DNA of 64,000 nucleotides. It comes from Candidatus Shapirobacteria bacterium. Lineage in GTDB: Bacteria; Patescibacteriota; Microgenomatia; UBA12405; BS750m-G30. A program made the translations under genes and the position numbers. The DNA lies in contig JBDRHA010000011.1 of the NCBI GenBank assembly GCA_043817235.1, positions 35,223-99,222 on the forward strand, written 5' to 3'. Every line of letters starts with the position of its first letter. Within the stretch, counting starts at the first letter, position 1. Below the pieces are notes generated by a model that searched no databases, was not told where the DNA came from, and was given only the letters and a program-made list of their open reading frames with translations. This document shows, one piece after another, positions 1 through 10,132 of this stretch.

Positions 1-1305
1 GGCGATTCTCAAAATCATAAAGAAATCTCCCACTTTCCAATTCTTTTTTTTAATTAAGTCAAGTGTTTTTTTCTGAAGGATTTCAGTTTTTTCTAAAGCA
101 TATTTTTCTAAAATAATTTTCATATTTTTAAGCATTTCTTTAGCCATCTCTTGCTCTACTTTTTTGATCATCAGCTCTTTTCGCCAGTCAGGATAACTCC
201 AGACAAATTCTAATAAATCCGAAGCTTCGGATAATATTTTTATTCTTTCTTTAACTAGAGGAGAGGCAGCTTGGATCTGTTTTCTGCTCATCTTTGGTAA
301 AAAGGGCCTAAGTAAAGAAGCAAGACCTTGGTTTGTTTTCGATCTAAGATAAACACCGTTTATCCATTCTAGTTTATCAAGATCAAAAGTCGGTGAGACC
401 GGCGAGACATCTTTCAGATCAAAATATTTAATAAATTCTTTTAAAGGAAATATCTCTTTTTCTTTTGGGTGAGACCAACCTAATTGACCTAAATAATTTA
501 AGATCGCCTCAGGCAAAAATCCTTTTTCCCGATAGTAGCTCAAGCTGGCATGATTTTTTCTCTTGCTCAGTTTTCCGCCTGCCGGATCAAGTAAAACCGG
601 AGTATGCAAAAATTGAGGCATTTTCCACTTCAAATAGCGATAAAGTAAAATATGTTTCGGAAAAGAAGGCAGCCATTCATGCCCTCGCACCACATGAGTG
701 ATTTTCATTAAGTGATCGTCCACTAGCGCCGCCAGGTGATAAGTCGGAAAACCATTAGATTTAAGAATAATTTGATCATCGATAAAACGACTGTCAAACT
801 TAATTTTTCCCCTAATTAAATCCTGGCCCATAATTATTTCGTTCTCCGGAATTTTCATCCGCACTACCGCTTTTTCCCCTTTTTTTAATCTCTCCTGAGC
901 CAGTTGGGAATCAAGACCCCGACAATGACGGTCGTACATTGATGGCTTTCCCTTCTTTTGACAACCTTTTCTGATTTTTTCCAGCCTATCTTCAGAACAA
1001 AAGCAATAATAGGCTTTTTTTTGACTGATTAATTTTTGAGCATATTTTTGGTAAATCTCCAGCCTCTCTGATTGCCGATAAGGACCCTCATCAGGGTTTA
1101 AGCCTATCCAGGTCAGTCCCCGGTACAACTGATTTTCGGCATTTTTTACCAAACGTTTTTGATCCGTGTCTTCCAGTCTTAAAATAAAAGATCCTTTGTT
1201 TTTCTTAGCATAAGCAAAGTTCAGCAAGGCGCTATAAATTCCTCCAATATGAATAAATCCGGTGGGAGAGGGAGCAAAACGCGTTCGAATAACTTTATTT
1301 TTCAT
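1..1305 (-). CDS. gltX: glutamate--tRNA ligase (3' end outside window)
   Basis: Not in the ORF track; manual translation from ATG at 1305 gives MKNKVIRTRFAPSPTGFIHIGG...ILRLEDTDQKR (HIGH-type motif of GluRS). Confidence 0.95.
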   Translation of the reverse strand, partial: MKNKVIRTRFAPSPTGFIHIGGIYSALLNFAYAKKNKGSFILRLEDTDQKRLVKNAENQLYRGLTWIGLNPDEGPYRQSERLEIYQKYAQKLISQKKAYYCFCSEDRLEKIRKGCQKKGKPSMYDRHCRGLDSQLAQERLKKGEKAVVRMKIPENEIIMGQDLIRGKIKFDSRFIDDQIILKSNGFPTYHLAALVDDHLMKITHVVRGHEWLPSFPKHILLYRYLKWKMPQFLHTPVLLDPAGGKLSKRKNHASLSYYREKGFLPEAILNYLGQLGWSHPKEKEIFPLKEFIKYFDLKDVSPVSPTFDLDKLEWINGVYLRSKTNQGLASLLRPFLPKMSRKQIQAASPLVKERIKILSEASDLLEFVWSYPDWRKELMIKKVEQEMAKEMLKNMKIILEKYALEKTEILQKKTLDLIKKKNWKVGDFFMILRIA

Positions 1306-1344
1306 CAATTGAATTCTAACACACTCACTTGCTATACTAAAAAA
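1306..1344. promoter_or_regulatory. back-to-back divergent extended -10 promoters (leaderless starts)
   Basis: + strand TGcTATACT 6 nt before ATG 1345; - strand TGtTAGAAT 7 nt before gltX ATG. Confidence 0.65.
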
Positions 1345-2397
1345 ATGGCTAATCTTACCCGTTCTGCTTTTATCACCCGCCAAAGCGTAAAGTACGGTTT
1401 ATTTGCCATTGCCACTATTGTCTTTCTTCGAACCGGCTGGAGCATGTTTCAGGCTTACTGGAAAGCCAAACACCCTGCTCCGCCACCGCCCCCTACAGTC
1501 GCCTTTGGCCAGCTTCCCAAACTTGATTTTGGGGAAACTAAACCCAGGCCAAATAAAGAATTTATTTTGGAAACGATTGAAGGCGGACTACCTCAACTTA
1601 ATGCTCAAGCTCCAGTTTTCTTTATCCCGGCCTTACAAAGCAAGTTTTTAGCCTTGGAGAACACAAACAAGATTGCTCAAAACCTAGGCTTTAGCCCCAA
1701 TCCGGAAAAAATAAGCAATGATCTTTACCGTTATTACAACCAAAAGGTGAACATTACCTTAAAAATAAACGCTTTAACCAAAACTTTTATTTACAGTTAT
1801 CCTTATCTGCAAGATCAAACCCTAGCTCACCAATTTATTCCTGCTCAAGGAGAGCTGGTAGAGAGAGGGCTTGATTTTTTAGCTTTAATAAGCCAAGTTC
1901 ATCCGGATATTGACGGTGCGGGCGCCAAAATAACACTCTGGAAAATAATAGAGGGAAAAACCGAGCCAGCAGTCTCATTGTCAGAAGCAAATCTGGCTCA
2001 AATTGATTTTTATCGTCAGCCCATAAATGGAGAGTATCCAATTTATCCAAAAAGCCTTGACCAAGCAAACATTTCATTGTTGCTTAGCGGAGATCGAGGG
2101 GCGCATCAAGTCGTGGAAGCTCGCTATACTTATTTTTTTGTTGATTTAGAGAAGAAAGCAACTTATCCCCTTAAGCCTCCGGCCGAAGCCTGGCAGGAAA
2201 TTTTGGATGGGGATTATCATCTAGCTAAATTTGACCAAGGAGTAGAAAGTAAAACAATTCCAGTAAGAAGAATTTATCTTGCCTATTTTGATCCTCATTA
2301 TCCGACTAATTTTTTGCAGCCTATCTATGTTTTTGAGGGCGATTATAGTTTTACTGCTTTTGTGCCCGCGATCTCCAACGAATGGGTTGCCGAATGA
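1345..2397 (+). CDS. hypothetical membrane-anchored exported protein (N-terminal TM, poly-Pro linker)
   Basis: Long ORF; start moved to ATG 1345 because the upstream part overlaps gltX; TM segment followed by PAPPPPP. Confidence 0.8.
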   Translation: MANLTRSAFITRQSVKYGLFAIATIVFLRTGWSMFQAYWKAKHPAPPPPPTVAFGQLPKLDFGETKPRPNKEFILETIEGGLPQLNAQAPVFFIPALQSKFLALENTNKIAQNLGFSPNPEKISNDLYRYYNQKVNITLKINALTKTFIYSYPYLQDQTLAHQFIPAQGELVERGLDFLALISQVHPDIDGAGAKITLWKIIEGKTEPAVSLSEANLAQIDFYRQPINGEYPIYPKSLDQANISLLLSGDRGAHQVVEARYTYFFVDLEKKATYPLKPPAEAWQEILDGDYHLAKFDQGVESKTIPVRRIYLAYFDPHYPTNFLQPIYVFEGDYSFTAFVPAISNEWVAE

Positions 2398-3245
2398 TCT
2401 TTCCAAGATATACTTTCCTTTGCCCAATTTAGAAGAGTAAGAGTTTCGCCAAATCGGTCATTGCTTCCCAGGACAACGGTTAAAACCGGATGGGCTTGGC
2501 CGGACTCTTCAATCTCAAATAATCCCACAAAACATTCTCCTGCTTGCTCGGTCCAGCCTGTTTTTAAACCCCGAATTTCGCCACTTTGACCTAAAAGTTC
2601 ATTCGTAGTTTGCAAATAATGCCGATGAGAGCCGCTAATATCGCTAACCACTTTTTCCTCCAAATCAACAATTTGGGCCAATAGGGGGTTTTGCAAAAAT
2701 ATTCTAGCTAGTTTCGCCAAATCCGCAGCCGTAGAATAATGGTTTTCATCTTCCTCGCCGTCAAAATTCGCAAAATGGGTTCTTTCTAAGCCTTTCTCTT
2801 TAACCCATAGATTCATCTTTTCTACAAAAGCCGACACTCCCCCCGAATAGTTACTGGCCAAATTATAAGCCGCATCATTGGCTGAGTGAACGAGCAAACC
2901 AAAAAGCAGATCAATAACCTTTATTCTTTCACCCCGAAGCAGACCCATATGTCTGCCAACCCAGTATCGTTCTTTTACTTCAAGAACTTTATCCAAATCA
3001 TAATAATCTAAAGCCACTAAAGCTGTGGCAATTTTCGTCAAAGAAGCCGGGGCAAAAGCAATGTTTGGATCTTTAGCCGTTAATACTTGGCCGCTTTGCA
3101 AATCCAAAACCATCCAGGAACGAGCTGTCAAATTATCATTAAATTTTTTTTGAAGCACAGCTTCTTGTTGAGGAATAAAGCCAACCCAGTTTTTTTGACC
3201 ACCAATAGAAAACAAACCAAGAAAAAGCAATAATAAACTTTTCAC
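2343..3245 (-). CDS. D-alanyl-D-alanine carboxypeptidase (peptidase S11)
   Basis: Signal peptide, SxxK (ASLTK), SxN (SAN) and KTG motifs. Confidence 0.9.
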   Translation of the reverse strand: MKSLLLLFLGLFSIGGQKNWVGFIPQQEAVLQKKFNDNLTARSWMVLDLQSGQVLTAKDPNIAFAPASLTKIATALVALDYYDLDKVLEVKERYWVGRHMGLLRGERIKVIDLLFGLLVHSANDAAYNLASNYSGGVSAFVEKMNLWVKEKGLERTHFANFDGEEDENHYSTAADLAKLARIFLQNPLLAQIVDLEEKVVSDISGSHRHYLQTTNELLGQSGEIRGLKTGWTEQAGECFVGLFEIEESGQAHPVLTVVLGSNDRFGETLTLLNWAKESISWKDHSATHSLEIAGTKAVKL

Positions 3246-4651
3246 CTTTTTTGCAAATTAGAATCGACCACCCTTATTGCTAGCTCCGCTAGCTGTTCTT
3301 TGGCTGCCAAGCTGGGCGCATCCATTACCGCTGTTCTTCCTGATGTTGCGCAAGGAAAAGCTATCACTTCGCGCAAACTTGGCTCGCCCAAAATCGCCAT
3401 CAGCAAGCGATCAATACCTGGAGCAATGCCGCCATGGGGCGGAACTCCATACTCAAAGGCTCTAAGCAAATGATTAAATTCTTGTTTTTGTTTAGCGCTA
3501 AAACCAATTAGGTCAAAAATCTTAGATTGAATCTTGGCATCGCTTATCCTAATGCTTCCCCCGCCTACTTCCGCTCCGTTTAAAATCAGGTCATGTTGGA
3601 GACTATGCGCTTCAAGCGGATCTTTGTCCAAAAGAGGGACATCCTCCGGAACAGGACTGGTAAACATATGATGGCAAGGAGCAAAGCCAGCTTTTCCCGA
3701 CCCATGGAAATAATCTTCTTTTGTCTGCTTGACAAAAAGAGGAAAATTAATTATCCAGGCAAATGCCAGCTCGTCTTTATCTTTCTTATTTTTTCTAAGA
3801 TCTGGCTTGTCTGAATGGTATTTCTTCATCGCCAAGTCATAAGAAATCCTAGGCCAGGGAGACTTGTTCATCTTTTTTTTGGGAAAAACTTCTTCAATCA
3901 TTGCCGCAAACAAATTTTCAGTGAGAGCTAAAATATCCTCCTGTTCCACAAAGCTCATTTCAATATCTAGCTGGGTAAATTCGCCGTAGGCTCGATCATG
4001 GCGAGCATCCTCATCCCGAAAACAACGGGCAATTTGAAAATAGCGCTCAACACCGGCTACCATTAAAAGCTGTTTATATTGCTGAGGAGACTGAGGAAGA
4101 GCATAAAAGTTCCCCGGCTGCAAGCGGGAAGGAACAAGAAAATCGCGGGCCCCTTCAGGGGTAGTTTTTGTTAAATTAGGAGTTTCAATTTCACAAAAAT
4201 CTCTAGCCAAAAGCCAGGAGCGGATAAAGTTTACTGCTTTAGATCTTGCCCGAATATTGTAGGCCATTCTTGGCCGACGCAAATCTAAATAACGATATTT
4301 AAGCCGCAGCTTTTCCTCAATTGCCAACCCATCAGTCTTTATAGGAAAAGGAAGTTCTTTGGCTTTGTTTAAAATGGCAAATTTCTTTACTTCCAGCTCT
4401 ACTTTGCCAGTGGCCAAATCCGGATTAACTAGTTTTTCCGGGCGTTTTTTTACTAAACCTACTACTTCCACCACATCTTCTAGGCCTAGCTTTTTTAGCT
4501 TCTCTCCCCCTACGACCTGAATAATGCCACTCCGATCCCGAAGATCAAAAAAAACAATCTTTCCGTGGTCTCTTAAGGAATCTACCCAGCCAAAAAGCTT
4601 TATCTTTTTCCCCACTTTATCTTGCGACTTTAAGTTTAAAGTTCTCTTCAT
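3242..4651 (-). CDS. aspS: aspartate--tRNA ligase, short form lacking GAD domain
   Basis: RLKYRYLDLRR, ALPQSPQQYKQLLM, YFQIARCFRDED, PPHGGIAPGIDRL. Confidence 0.95.
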   Translation of the reverse strand: MKRTLNLKSQDKVGKKIKLFGWVDSLRDHGKIVFFDLRDRSGIIQVVGGEKLKKLGLEDVVEVVGLVKKRPEKLVNPDLATGKVELEVKKFAILNKAKELPFPIKTDGLAIEEKLRLKYRYLDLRRPRMAYNIRARSKAVNFIRSWLLARDFCEIETPNLTKTTPEGARDFLVPSRLQPGNFYALPQSPQQYKQLLMVAGVERYFQIARCFRDEDARHDRAYGEFTQLDIEMSFVEQEDILALTENLFAAMIEEVFPKKKMNKSPWPRISYDLAMKKYHSDKPDLRKNKKDKDELAFAWIINFPLFVKQTKEDYFHGSGKAGFAPCHHMFTSPVPEDVPLLDKDPLEAHSLQHDLILNGAEVGGGSIRISDAKIQSKIFDLIGFSAKQKQEFNHLLRAFEYGVPPHGGIAPGIDRLLMAILGEPSLREVIAFPCATSGRTAVMDAPSLAAKEQLAELAIRVVDSNLQKR

Positions 4652-6348
4652 TTAACTATTTTACCACCTTTTTTGGCACAAGGCCGCAAGTCTTTAACCT
4701 TAAGAACTATTTTTACCTTCCCGGTAAAACAATCTTCGCTAAGTGAAGCGGCTAAGTCAACCAGCTCGCCCGCTTTTAGCTCGCCATAATACTTGCCCAA
4801 GTTAAAACCAATTGCCTCAGCCCATATTTTTTCTTCTGGAAGTGTTTGCGGATCATCTAAAGCCATTTTTAAGTGATCAGCGCTGCGGCCTACTTGCCTA
4901 AGCTCAGTTAGCCTCAGGCCCTCAAAAAGAAATAGCGGCTCAGGGTTGCCCAAGCCAAAAGGTGCAAGCTTGATAATCTGCTGATAGTATTCCGGATTCA
5001 CCTGGCTTAAGCTTAATTTCGCTTCCAGCTCAATTTTCGGCTCCAGCCCTTTTTTGGGCAGATGCTCTTTAATAAGTCTTTTAAGTTTCTTCTTCAAAAT
5101 AGGAATATTTTTAGTTTTTATTTCAAATCCGGCGGCTAGAGCATGCCCTCCTAAGCCGACAAATATATTTTCTATCTCTCGCAAGACTTTAATAATATTA
5201 AGTCCCTCAACTGACCGGGCTGAGCCACGGCTGACTTTTTCCTCTTTGCTGATAATTACCGCTGGTCGATAAAACTCGTCTTTTAGCTTGCTAGCAATTA
5301 ATCCGACAATGCCCGGATGAAAGGACGAAGAGGCACTAAAAATAAAACCAGAAGGCTTTTCCTGATCAAGATCCTTTTTAGCTATTTCTATCCCCTTTGC
5401 AGTAAGGCTCTTTCTTTCGCTGTTTATTTCCTCAGCCATTTTGGCAAGCTTGTTCCCCTTAATGGCGGTTTGGCTGCAAAGCAAGCGTAAGCCATCTAGG
5501 GGGTTGGCAATCCGGCCCAAGGCATTTAGCCGGGGAGCAACAAGAAAACCAATTTTATAAATATCTAAGGTTTTGTTATCAATTCCCGCTTCACAAAAGA
5601 GGCGGCGCAAACCCACTCTGCTAGTATTTTCTAAATAAGGAATCCCCTGCTTGATTAAGATTCTGTTTATGCCTCGAACTTCCATCATATCCGCTACCGT
5701 TCCCAAAGCCGCTAAACCTAGGTCCGGCAGTTCCGCTCCCAGCTCTTGCAGTTCTCGGGCCAAAAAATAGGCTACCCCGCTGCCGGAAAGCCCAGTAGCG
5801 TGAATGATGGCCAAGGCCTTAGGTAAAGTTTTTTGGGGCAAGTGATGATCGGTAACAATCACCTCAATTCCTGCTTCCTTAAGCTTTTTTATTTGCTCAT
5901 GCTCAACAATGCCATTGTCAACCGTAATTACTAAGCTCAAATTTGGGAAATTTCTTTTTAGTTTTTTCACTCTGCCGGCCTTAAGACCATAGCCATCATC
6001 TTGGCGACTGGGGATATAGGGGATCGCCTGAGCTCTTGCTTGGTGCAAAGCCTCCCAAACAAGAGCGGTAGCGCAAAAACCGTCAACATCATAGTCCCCA
6101 TAAACCAAAATCGTTTCTTTATCTGCTACTGCTTTTTTAATTCTCTTTAGAGCTTTGACTGTTTCCTTTTTATTAATACCCGCTTTGCTTAGGTCAACTT
6201 GGGAAATATTTACCGGATTGAGAAAAGATTTTACTCCCAGGGCAGTTTTAACTCCCCTGTTCCAAAGAAGAGCCAAAAGTAATTTTTCAGGAGTAAGTTT
6301 CTTTTTTAATACCGGGTTTTTCTTTTTTAACCGCCAAGAGGAATTCAT
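4648..6348 (-). CDS. recJ: single-stranded-DNA exonuclease RecJ
   Basis: YGDYDVDG, ITVDNG, TDHH, GSARS and GGHALAAG motifs. Confidence 0.95.
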   Translation of the reverse strand: MNSSWRLKKKNPVLKKKLTPEKLLLALLWNRGVKTALGVKSFLNPVNISQVDLSKAGINKKETVKALKRIKKAVADKETILVYGDYDVDGFCATALVWEALHQARAQAIPYIPSRQDDGYGLKAGRVKKLKRNFPNLSLVITVDNGIVEHEQIKKLKEAGIEVIVTDHHLPQKTLPKALAIIHATGLSGSGVAYFLARELQELGAELPDLGLAALGTVADMMEVRGINRILIKQGIPYLENTSRVGLRRLFCEAGIDNKTLDIYKIGFLVAPRLNALGRIANPLDGLRLLCSQTAIKGNKLAKMAEEINSERKSLTAKGIEIAKKDLDQEKPSGFIFSASSSFHPGIVGLIASKLKDEFYRPAVIISKEEKVSRGSARSVEGLNIIKVLREIENIFVGLGGHALAAGFEIKTKNIPILKKKLKRLIKEHLPKKGLEPKIELEAKLSLSQVNPEYYQQIIKLAPFGLGNPEPLFLFEGLRLTELRQVGRSADHLKMALDDPQTLPEEKIWAEAIGFNLGKYYGELKAGELVDLAASLSEDCFTGKVKIVLKVKDLRPCAKKGGKIVK

Positions 6349-6374
6349 GCTAGTATTGTATAATATTAGCGCTT

Positions 6375-7769
6375 ATGATGAAAACAAATATGCCCCGGGC
6401 TATTTTAAAAGCAATCAAAAAATTCCAAAATAAGAATTTTGAAATCTATCTAGTCGGCGGGGCCGTAAGGAATTTTATTTTGGACAAAAAGACTAAAGAT
6501 TGGGATCTAACGACTAATGCCCAGCCGGAAGAAATTCAAAAATTATTCCCCAAAAACAGCTTTTATAAAAATAGATATGGCACCGTTACAGTTGTGGTTA
6601 AAGAAAAAGTTAAAAGAATATTACTAGAAATTACTACTTTTCGGAAAGAGTTTGGCTACTCAGACAAAAGACATCCGGACAAAATAATTTGGGGAAAAAC
6701 CCTAAAAGAAGATTTGGCCCGCAGAGAATTCACAGTTTCCGCTATTGCCCTAGAAATAAAAAACATAAACCTCAAAAGCTTTACTTACGAAAACAAAATC
6801 ATTGATCCTTATTACGGACAAAAAGATCTAAAAGACAAAATTTTAAGAACCGTGGGCAACCCGGAAAAAAGGTTTAGCGAAGATGCTTTAAGAATGATGC
6901 GGGCGGTGCGAATTGCTTCTCAGCTGGGCTTAGTTATTGAGAAAAAAACTTTTGTTTCTATTAAGAAAAGTAAAGAGAAAATTAAAAAGATCGCCTGGGA
7001 AAGAATAAGAGATGAGCTTTTTAAGATTCTTGCCTCTTCTTACCCGGCGGAAGGAATATTAGTACTTTATAATACCGGATTATTGTACTTTATCCTTCCG
7101 GAGCTAATTGCCGGCCGAAATGTTGCTCAAGCTAGGCACCACGTGGATGACGTTTGGAACCATTCGCTCAAGTCTCTGCAATTTTGTCCGGCTAAAGATC
7201 CGATAGTTAGACTAGCCTGCCTCCTTCATGATATAGGAAAACCAGCTACCGCCCAAGGCAAAGGCGAAGAAAGAACTTTTTATAATCATGAGGTAGCCGG
7301 AGAAATATTAGCTAGAAAGATTGCCGGAAGACTAAGACTATCCAGAAAAGATCAAGAAAGACTCTGCCGCCTGATAAGATATCATCAGTTTACCCTAGAC
7401 GAGAAACAAACTGATAAGGCCTTTAGAAGATTTATCAAAAAGGTAAAAAAGGAAAATATTAAAGACATGCTTGATTTAAGAATCGGCGACCGGCTAGGTG
7501 GCGGTGCTAGAGAAACTTCTTGGAGACTAGAGTTATTTAAAAAAAGACTAGCCGAAGTTCAAAAACAGCCTTTTTCCTTAAAATACCTAAAAGTTAACGG
7601 CCAAGACGTGATGAGAGTGCTAAAAATACCCCCCGGGCCCAAGGTGGGAAAAATTCTAAAAGCTCTTTTTAAGGAGATAGAAAATGACAAAGAAAAAAAT
7701 GCCAGAAAATATCTTCTTTCTCAAATCAAAAAAATCTATTCCAGACTACCAGTAAAGGAACAGCGATAA
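6375..7769 (+). CDS. cca: CCA-adding tRNA nucleotidyltransferase with HD domain
   Basis: VGGAVR, DWD, EDLARREFT, EDALRMMRA, LLHDIGK. Confidence 0.9.
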   Translation: MMKTNMPRAILKAIKKFQNKNFEIYLVGGAVRNFILDKKTKDWDLTTNAQPEEIQKLFPKNSFYKNRYGTVTVVVKEKVKRILLEITTFRKEFGYSDKRHPDKIIWGKTLKEDLARREFTVSAIALEIKNINLKSFTYENKIIDPYYGQKDLKDKILRTVGNPEKRFSEDALRMMRAVRIASQLGLVIEKKTFVSIKKSKEKIKKIAWERIRDELFKILASSYPAEGILVLYNTGLLYFILPELIAGRNVAQARHHVDDVWNHSLKSLQFCPAKDPIVRLACLLHDIGKPATAQGKGEERTFYNHEVAGEILARKIAGRLRLSRKDQERLCRLIRYHQFTLDEKQTDKAFRRFIKKVKKENIKDMLDLRIGDRLGGGARETSWRLELFKKRLAEVQKQPFSLKYLKVNGQDVMRVLKIPPGPKVGKILKALFKEIENDKEKNARKYLLSQIKKIYSRLPVKEQR

Positions 7770-8583
7770 AGGTGGAAGAATAAGTCCCCAGGACAGTGCC
7801 GATAAGCAAGGCTAAGGAAAAATAACGAGTAGACTCGCCGCCCAGTAAAAACAGGGAAAGAAGAACAAAAATAATAGTCATTGAGTTGTTAATAGATCGA
7901 ACTAAAGTTTGATTAATAGCCAAGCTTGCAAGTTGATTAAAACCCGCTTTTGGATAGACCCGGCCAAATTCCCGAATTCCATCAAATACGACCACTGTAT
8001 CGTGAACGGAAAAGGCGAGAATTGTCAGAAAAGCCGTCATAAACAAACTATCCACTTCTATCCGAAAAAAACGACCAAGTAGAGAAAAACTTCCCAGCAA
8101 GATCAGACTATCATGGAGCATGGCTAAAATAGCACAAATACCAAATGCCTTATCATTAAACCGAAAGGAAATATAAATTAAAATTCCCAAAATAGCCAAC
8201 CCAATACTAATCAAAGTCTTAGTTAGCAAGCCATGCCCCAAAGAAGCAGATAATGATTCAAAGCGCAGTTCGGCAAAAGATCCAAATTCATTTTCAATCT
8301 CTTTTTGCCAGGTGCTTTTAAGATCTTTGGCGGCCGGACGGGACTTAATAAGCCAAGTTTGCGAACCGGTTTGATTAACCTCCAAAATATCATCCTTTCC
8401 CTTGACAAAACCGATCCAGTCTTCTTTATTGACCTCCTTCTCAAAACCAATCTCCCAGAGATTTCCTCCCTGAAAATCAACCGAAGGCAACAATCCCCAT
8501 TTCAACAAAGAGAAAGTGCTAATAATAAGCAAAAACCCGGAAAAAGAAAAATACAACCAGCTGTGCTTAATAAATCTAATCAT
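7726..8583 (-). CDS. secF: protein translocase subunit SecF
   Basis: VDFQGG, HDTVVVFDGIRE, RSINNS; adjacent to secD. Confidence 0.93.
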   Translation of the reverse strand: MIRFIKHSWLYFSFSGFLLIISTFSLLKWGLLPSVDFQGGNLWEIGFEKEVNKEDWIGFVKGKDDILEVNQTGSQTWLIKSRPAAKDLKSTWQKEIENEFGSFAELRFESLSASLGHGLLTKTLISIGLAILGILIYISFRFNDKAFGICAILAMLHDSLILLGSFSLLGRFFRIEVDSLFMTAFLTILAFSVHDTVVVFDGIREFGRVYPKAGFNQLASLAINQTLVRSINNSMTIIFVLLSLFLLGGESTRYFSLALLIGTVLGTYSSTFIAVPLLVVWNRFF

Positions 8584-9944
8584 TTTTTTGTATCTATCGG
8601 ATGATAAAAACGCCGCACAATTGTCCGAACCACAATTACTCCGGTGAAAACCTCAACCACCACCCCTAAGCCCAAGGTCAGGGCAAAGCCCCGCACCATT
8701 CCTGAGGTATTTAAAAAGCCCCAGCTAAAAGGGTTAAAGAGTAAAAAGCAAATAATCAAGGTGCAAACATTAGCATCTCTTATTGAATCCCAAGCTCGGC
8801 CAAAGCCCAGCTCCATGGCCAGGATTTTATTTTTTCCGGCCCTTATCTCTTCCTTCATTCTCTCAAAAATTAATATATTAGAATCTACCGCCATTCCCAA
8901 GGAAAGCAAGAATCCCGCAATTCCAGACATGGTCAAGGTTATTGGAATTAACTTATACAAACTCAGGCTTATAAGGGTGTAAATTATTAGTCCTATTACC
9001 GCCAGGAAACCCAAAAATCCATAGAAAAAAATCATAAAAAGGGCAACTAGTCCTACTCCCAGCAAGCCTGCCGTTACTCCTTTGAGGATAGATTCCCTTC
9101 CCAAAGACGGATCAACTTTCTCCTGCAATACTAACTCTATGCTCACTGGCAGAGCGCCAGCGTTCAGCTGGGAAACTAATTGTTTTGCTGCGCTTAGCTC
9201 AAACTCTCCGGAAATTACCGCTTGACCATCTTCTATTGGTTCTTTAATTACTGGGGCAGATAATAAAAACTCATCCAGAAAAATAGCCATTCGTTGGCCT
9301 ACATTGTCCCGAGTTAACTGGCCAAAAAGCCTTTGGCCCTCCTGGTCAAAGGCAAGCCCCACTTGAGGTTTGCCGGTGTTCGGGTCAAAGCGCACCTCAG
9401 CCTTTTTTAAATTTCCTCCGGTCAGCCCGGTTTCTTTTGAAAAAAGATCATAAACAGTAGCGCTTGCTGTTGCCTCAATAGGAAGCTCTTCCTCTAAGCG
9501 AAAATCCAGGCTTGCCGTTTGCCCCAGCAAAGCTATCGCCTGCTCTGGCTCCACTTGGCCGGGAATCTCCACAATTAAATGATGCTCATTTAGGGCCTTA
9601 GCTATCCTCACTGTAGTCTCGCTAATGCCAAAAAGGTTTACCCGGCGCTCAATGTTTTCTCTTAGTGAATTAAGAGCGATTTCCTGATTCTCCTCATCTA
9701 AACCCTCTGTTTGCGCTCGGAAGGCCAAGTGTACGCCTCCGGCCAAATCCAAGCCCTTGCGTAAATAAAGATCTTTTTTAATGCTGATTGGCCCTAAATT
9801 AAAATTTAGGTTGGGCCGGGAAAGAGAAATATTTTTCGTTTTTCCCAATAAAGCTATTTGTTTTTCAAATTTTTCTGGCAAAGCAATAGCGAGGGAAAGA
9901 ATACTTAAAATAAAGATCAGCCAAACAGAAGAACTTCTTTTCAT
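8580..9944 (-). CDS. secD: protein translocase subunit SecD
   Basis: GLDLAGG, GALP, GMAVDSNILIFERMKEE. Confidence 0.95.
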   Translation of the reverse strand: MKRSSSVWLIFILSILSLAIALPEKFEKQIALLGKTKNISLSRPNLNFNLGPISIKKDLYLRKGLDLAGGVHLAFRAQTEGLDEENQEIALNSLRENIERRVNLFGISETTVRIAKALNEHHLIVEIPGQVEPEQAIALLGQTASLDFRLEEELPIEATASATVYDLFSKETGLTGGNLKKAEVRFDPNTGKPQVGLAFDQEGQRLFGQLTRDNVGQRMAIFLDEFLLSAPVIKEPIEDGQAVISGEFELSAAKQLVSQLNAGALPVSIELVLQEKVDPSLGRESILKGVTAGLLGVGLVALFMIFFYGFLGFLAVIGLIIYTLISLSLYKLIPITLTMSGIAGFLLSLGMAVDSNILIFERMKEEIRAGKNKILAMELGFGRAWDSIRDANVCTLIICFLLFNPFSWGFLNTSGMVRGFALTLGLGVVVEVFTGVIVVRTIVRRFYHPIDTKK

Positions 9945-10132
9945 TTAAAGAGAGCAATTTGCTTGGCTTTTTTAATAAACAAGAGCACTAATCGGCTTTT
10001 TCTGGCATTGACTTTAAATTCCACTTCATCTCCAATCTTTATTCCCACCTCTTTTACAAAATCATGAGGAATTGTAACCGCTAGACTATTACCGGTTTTG
10101 ATCACTTTTCTTTTCATGTGCCCAATGATCAA
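9941..10132 (-). CDS. AbrB/MazE/SpoVT-family DNA-binding protein (ATG at 10117 is an alternative start)
   Basis: RKVIKTGNSLAVTIP...GIKIGDEVEF signature. Confidence 0.8.
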   Translation of the reverse strand: MIIGHMKRKVIKTGNSLAVTIPHDFVKEVGIKIGDEVEFKVNARKSRLVLLFIKKAKQIALFK

